From Octopus bimaculoides (Eukaryota): DNA of 49,477 nt. The notes under the pieces were generated by a model, which made no database searches, was not told where the DNA came from, and saw only the letters and a list, made by a program, of their open reading frames with translations. Below, piece by piece: positions 46,839 through 49,477 of the stretch (positions are counted from its first letter, which is position 1; the number at the start of each line of letters is the position of its first letter). The DNA is taken from contig NC_068991.1 in the NCBI RefSeq assembly GCF_001194135.2, positions 38,773,862 to 38,823,338 on the forward strand, read 5' to 3'. The position numbers were made by a program, and so were the translations under genes.

Positions 46839-47538
46839 TATATACACACACACACATACATACATACATTCTGTATAGCTAATAAAGTTATGTAACAATA
46901 ACATAATTATACTTGCTAACAAGACCAGATACAGAAACAATTTCTAAAAAAAAACCATGTATTATAATGTTTTTGACTTGGATTAAAATTTTTATGAGTA
47001 TAAGAGATAAAACATGCAATTATATATTTACACACTTTTGTGTGTGTGTACACACACACACACACATATATGCATATTCACCTTAGTGCCTACATATGCA
47101 CACATATTCTGTAACTGATTCCTTTACACATTTCTATGAAAGGTGTAGTCTTGTCATTTCACATACACTATATATAAATATGCACATCGTCAAATTCAAA
47201 TATACAGTTAAACATTATCGCAGTCAATATTATCTATAAGACCTCCCCCAACATGTGGAAGTGTGAGAGATCTTGGTGACTCTCTAAGTATAATTAAAAG
47301 ATTCGTGCAGCTGGAAATTTTTCGGGGTTTGTTGTTTTTTAGCAGTGGGGGATGGGCTTGTTTTTGGCTTTTTGTTTTAAAGCTTGTCTCATTTACAAAA
47401 ACTGTGGCATCTACAAATCATTAGTTGCTGGGATATTATAATTTTAATAAGTCTTAATGTATATAAGAAGAGGTTTGAAATCCCAAGTGAGCATGTACAA
47501 TCTCTTGACAATCCTTTTTTGATAATTATACATTGTTT

Positions 47539-47862
47539 GAAGGCACGTGTCTCAGTGGTATTCAGCTCACAATTCTAAGGTCATGAGTTCAATTCTTGGT
47601 GACGCATTGTGTCCTTGAGCAAGACATTTTATTTGACACTGCCCCAGTCCACTCACCTGACAAAAATACGTTGTATCTATATTTCAAAGAGCCAGCATTG
47701 TCAAATTCTCACATGGTCATGCTGAATCTCCCTACGAACTGCATTAAGGGTATACATGTCTGTGGAATGCTCAACCACTTGCACGTTAATTTCACAAGCA
47801 GACTGTTTGGTTGATCAGATCAACTGGAATTCTCATCATTGTAACCAACAGAGTGCCAGTAG
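47539..47862 (+). mobile_element. SINE family C
   Basis: Collinear with 33677-34000. Confidence 0.85.
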
Positions 47863-48414
47863 TAGGTAACATTGTTTGATGAGCACATCTCTACCTTTCC
47901 AAATACAAATTAAAATAATCTTGAAACAAAATAATTTCAAGAATAAATTAAATAAATCTCAGAACAAATTAACTATTCAAATATAACATAAGATCTGTTT
48001 ATGTTATTAATCTTTGAACTTAGATTGCTTTGTTTTAAATTGGAATTTATTTCATCATTTGACTTCAGCCTACAATTGCTGTATTTACTTATGGATAACA
48101 AAAGTCACCTTCAATATAACAACAGTTTGTGTCAAGCTACATGTACCAATATTTCATGATGTGTCAAAGAGAGAAGCTAGTGGAAGCCATACAAGAAGTC
48201 TGCACTTGTATGCACATCCTGTCCACCACTGAATGATTAAAACACTGGCAATCCATAATTGCAGTACATCAGTGCTAAGAAGACAACAGTATATAAGTGA
48301 AGATCATATATTTGCACCATGGAGGGTCTCCATGGCAAACTCAAGAAGTTAAAACATAAACAAATGAAGTCACTTGTTGAGTGGTTAAACAAATGCCCAC
48401 AATAAATAATCTAT

Positions 48415-48673
48415 CTTTTACTCGTTTTAGTCATTAGACTACAGCCATGCTGGGGCACCACCTTGAAGAATATTTTAGTTAAATAAATCAAACCCAGTAC
48501 TTATTTTTTGTTAAGCATGGTGTTTATTCTATTGTTCTCTTTTGCCAAACTAAGTTACAGGGATGTAAACACACCAACACCAGTTGTCAAACGGGAGTGG
48601 GGAACTGACACAAACACAGACACATATATAAAACCCATGCTAGCTTGAAAGGTGGACATAAAACGATGATGAT

Positions 48674-48714
<41 letters not shown>

Positions 48715-49010
48715 CATCACTGTTTAACGTCCATCTTCCATGCATGCATGGGTACGACAGAAGCCAGTCAAGTAGAAAAACTACCTTAGGCTACTGTGTC
48801 TGTTTTGGCAGAGTTTTTACAGCTGGATGCCCTTCCAAATATATATATAACAGGTATCTTTCAGTTTCTGTCTACCAAATCCACTTACAAGGCTTTGGTT
48901 GGCCTAAGGCTATACTAGAAAACACTTGCCTATGGTGCCATGCAGTGGAACTGAACCCAAAACCACGTGGTTGGGAAGCAAACTTTTTACCACACAGCCA
49001 TCCCTGTGCC
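48415..49010 (-). mobile_element. SINE family A interrupted by two opposed RTE-type tails (48633-48674 plus, 48713-48838 minus)
   Basis: SINE tail and body at 48415-48620, head at 48855-49010; RTE tails face each other across (TA)n. Confidence 0.8.
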
Positions 49011-49274
49011 TAATGAAGAACTTTTTAAAACATTTACATTCAATGAATAGACTGATTGTACATCTTTATTCAAGTATAATACATACCCTTTTTCTAGATC
49101 TTTAAAACTAAAAATTAGGGGTGCATGTTAAACACAAAAACTGAATGCCCTGGTCCTAAGTGCATGGTCATATTTGGAACAGCATTACCAGGAGAACATT
49201 GTATCTATTGTCCAAACTAACCAATGCTTAAATCATAATAATAACATTAAATTTTTCACACACACATACACACA

Positions 49275-49477
49275 TCATCATCATCATCGTTTAACGTCCG
49301 CTTTCCATGCTAGCATGGGTTGGACGATTTGACTGAGGACTGGTGAAACCGGATGGCAACACCAGGCTCCAGTCTAATTTGGCAGAGTTTCTACAGCTGG
49401 ATGCCCTTCCTAACACCAACCACTCAGAGAGTGTAGTGGGTGCTTTTACGTGTTACCCGCACGAAAACGGTCACGCT
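49275..49477 (-). mobile_element. Young RTE 3' UTR fragment (runs off the window)
   Basis: About 2 mismatches to 22629-22800 over about 170 nt. Confidence 0.92.

Overview
AT-rich, repeat-dense eukaryotic DNA with six N-gaps. The SINE, LINE and MITE families look like those of an octopod cephalopod; this taxon is inferred, not shown. One intact gene lies on the minus strand: a TPRA1/GPR175 (TPRA40) orphan 7TM ortholog. It has 10 coding exons (38776 to 15852) with GT-AG junctions in matching phases, and gives a 1281-nt CDS (426 aa). Its first, non-coding exon was not found. The rest is decayed mobile DNA: Tx1/L1-, CR1- and RTE-clade LINEs, a D,D34D mariner, a DD37D (maT) relic, a Ginger-like integrase transposon, Helitrons, TTAA-ended MITEs, tRNA-derived SINEs and microsatellites. 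The strongest leads are: (1) minimal type I hammerhead-ribozyme motifs, one with a fully intact core (43780-43890) and one inside a 511-bp unit bounded by 89-bp direct repeats (5230-5829); (2) a tandemly duplicated splice acceptor at the TM7 exon that could give a tail-less or NMD-targeted isoform; (3) a Ginger-like element; (4) several near-perfect intronic inverted repeats. All alignments and folds were done by eye, and comparisons to known proteins and elements are from memory.
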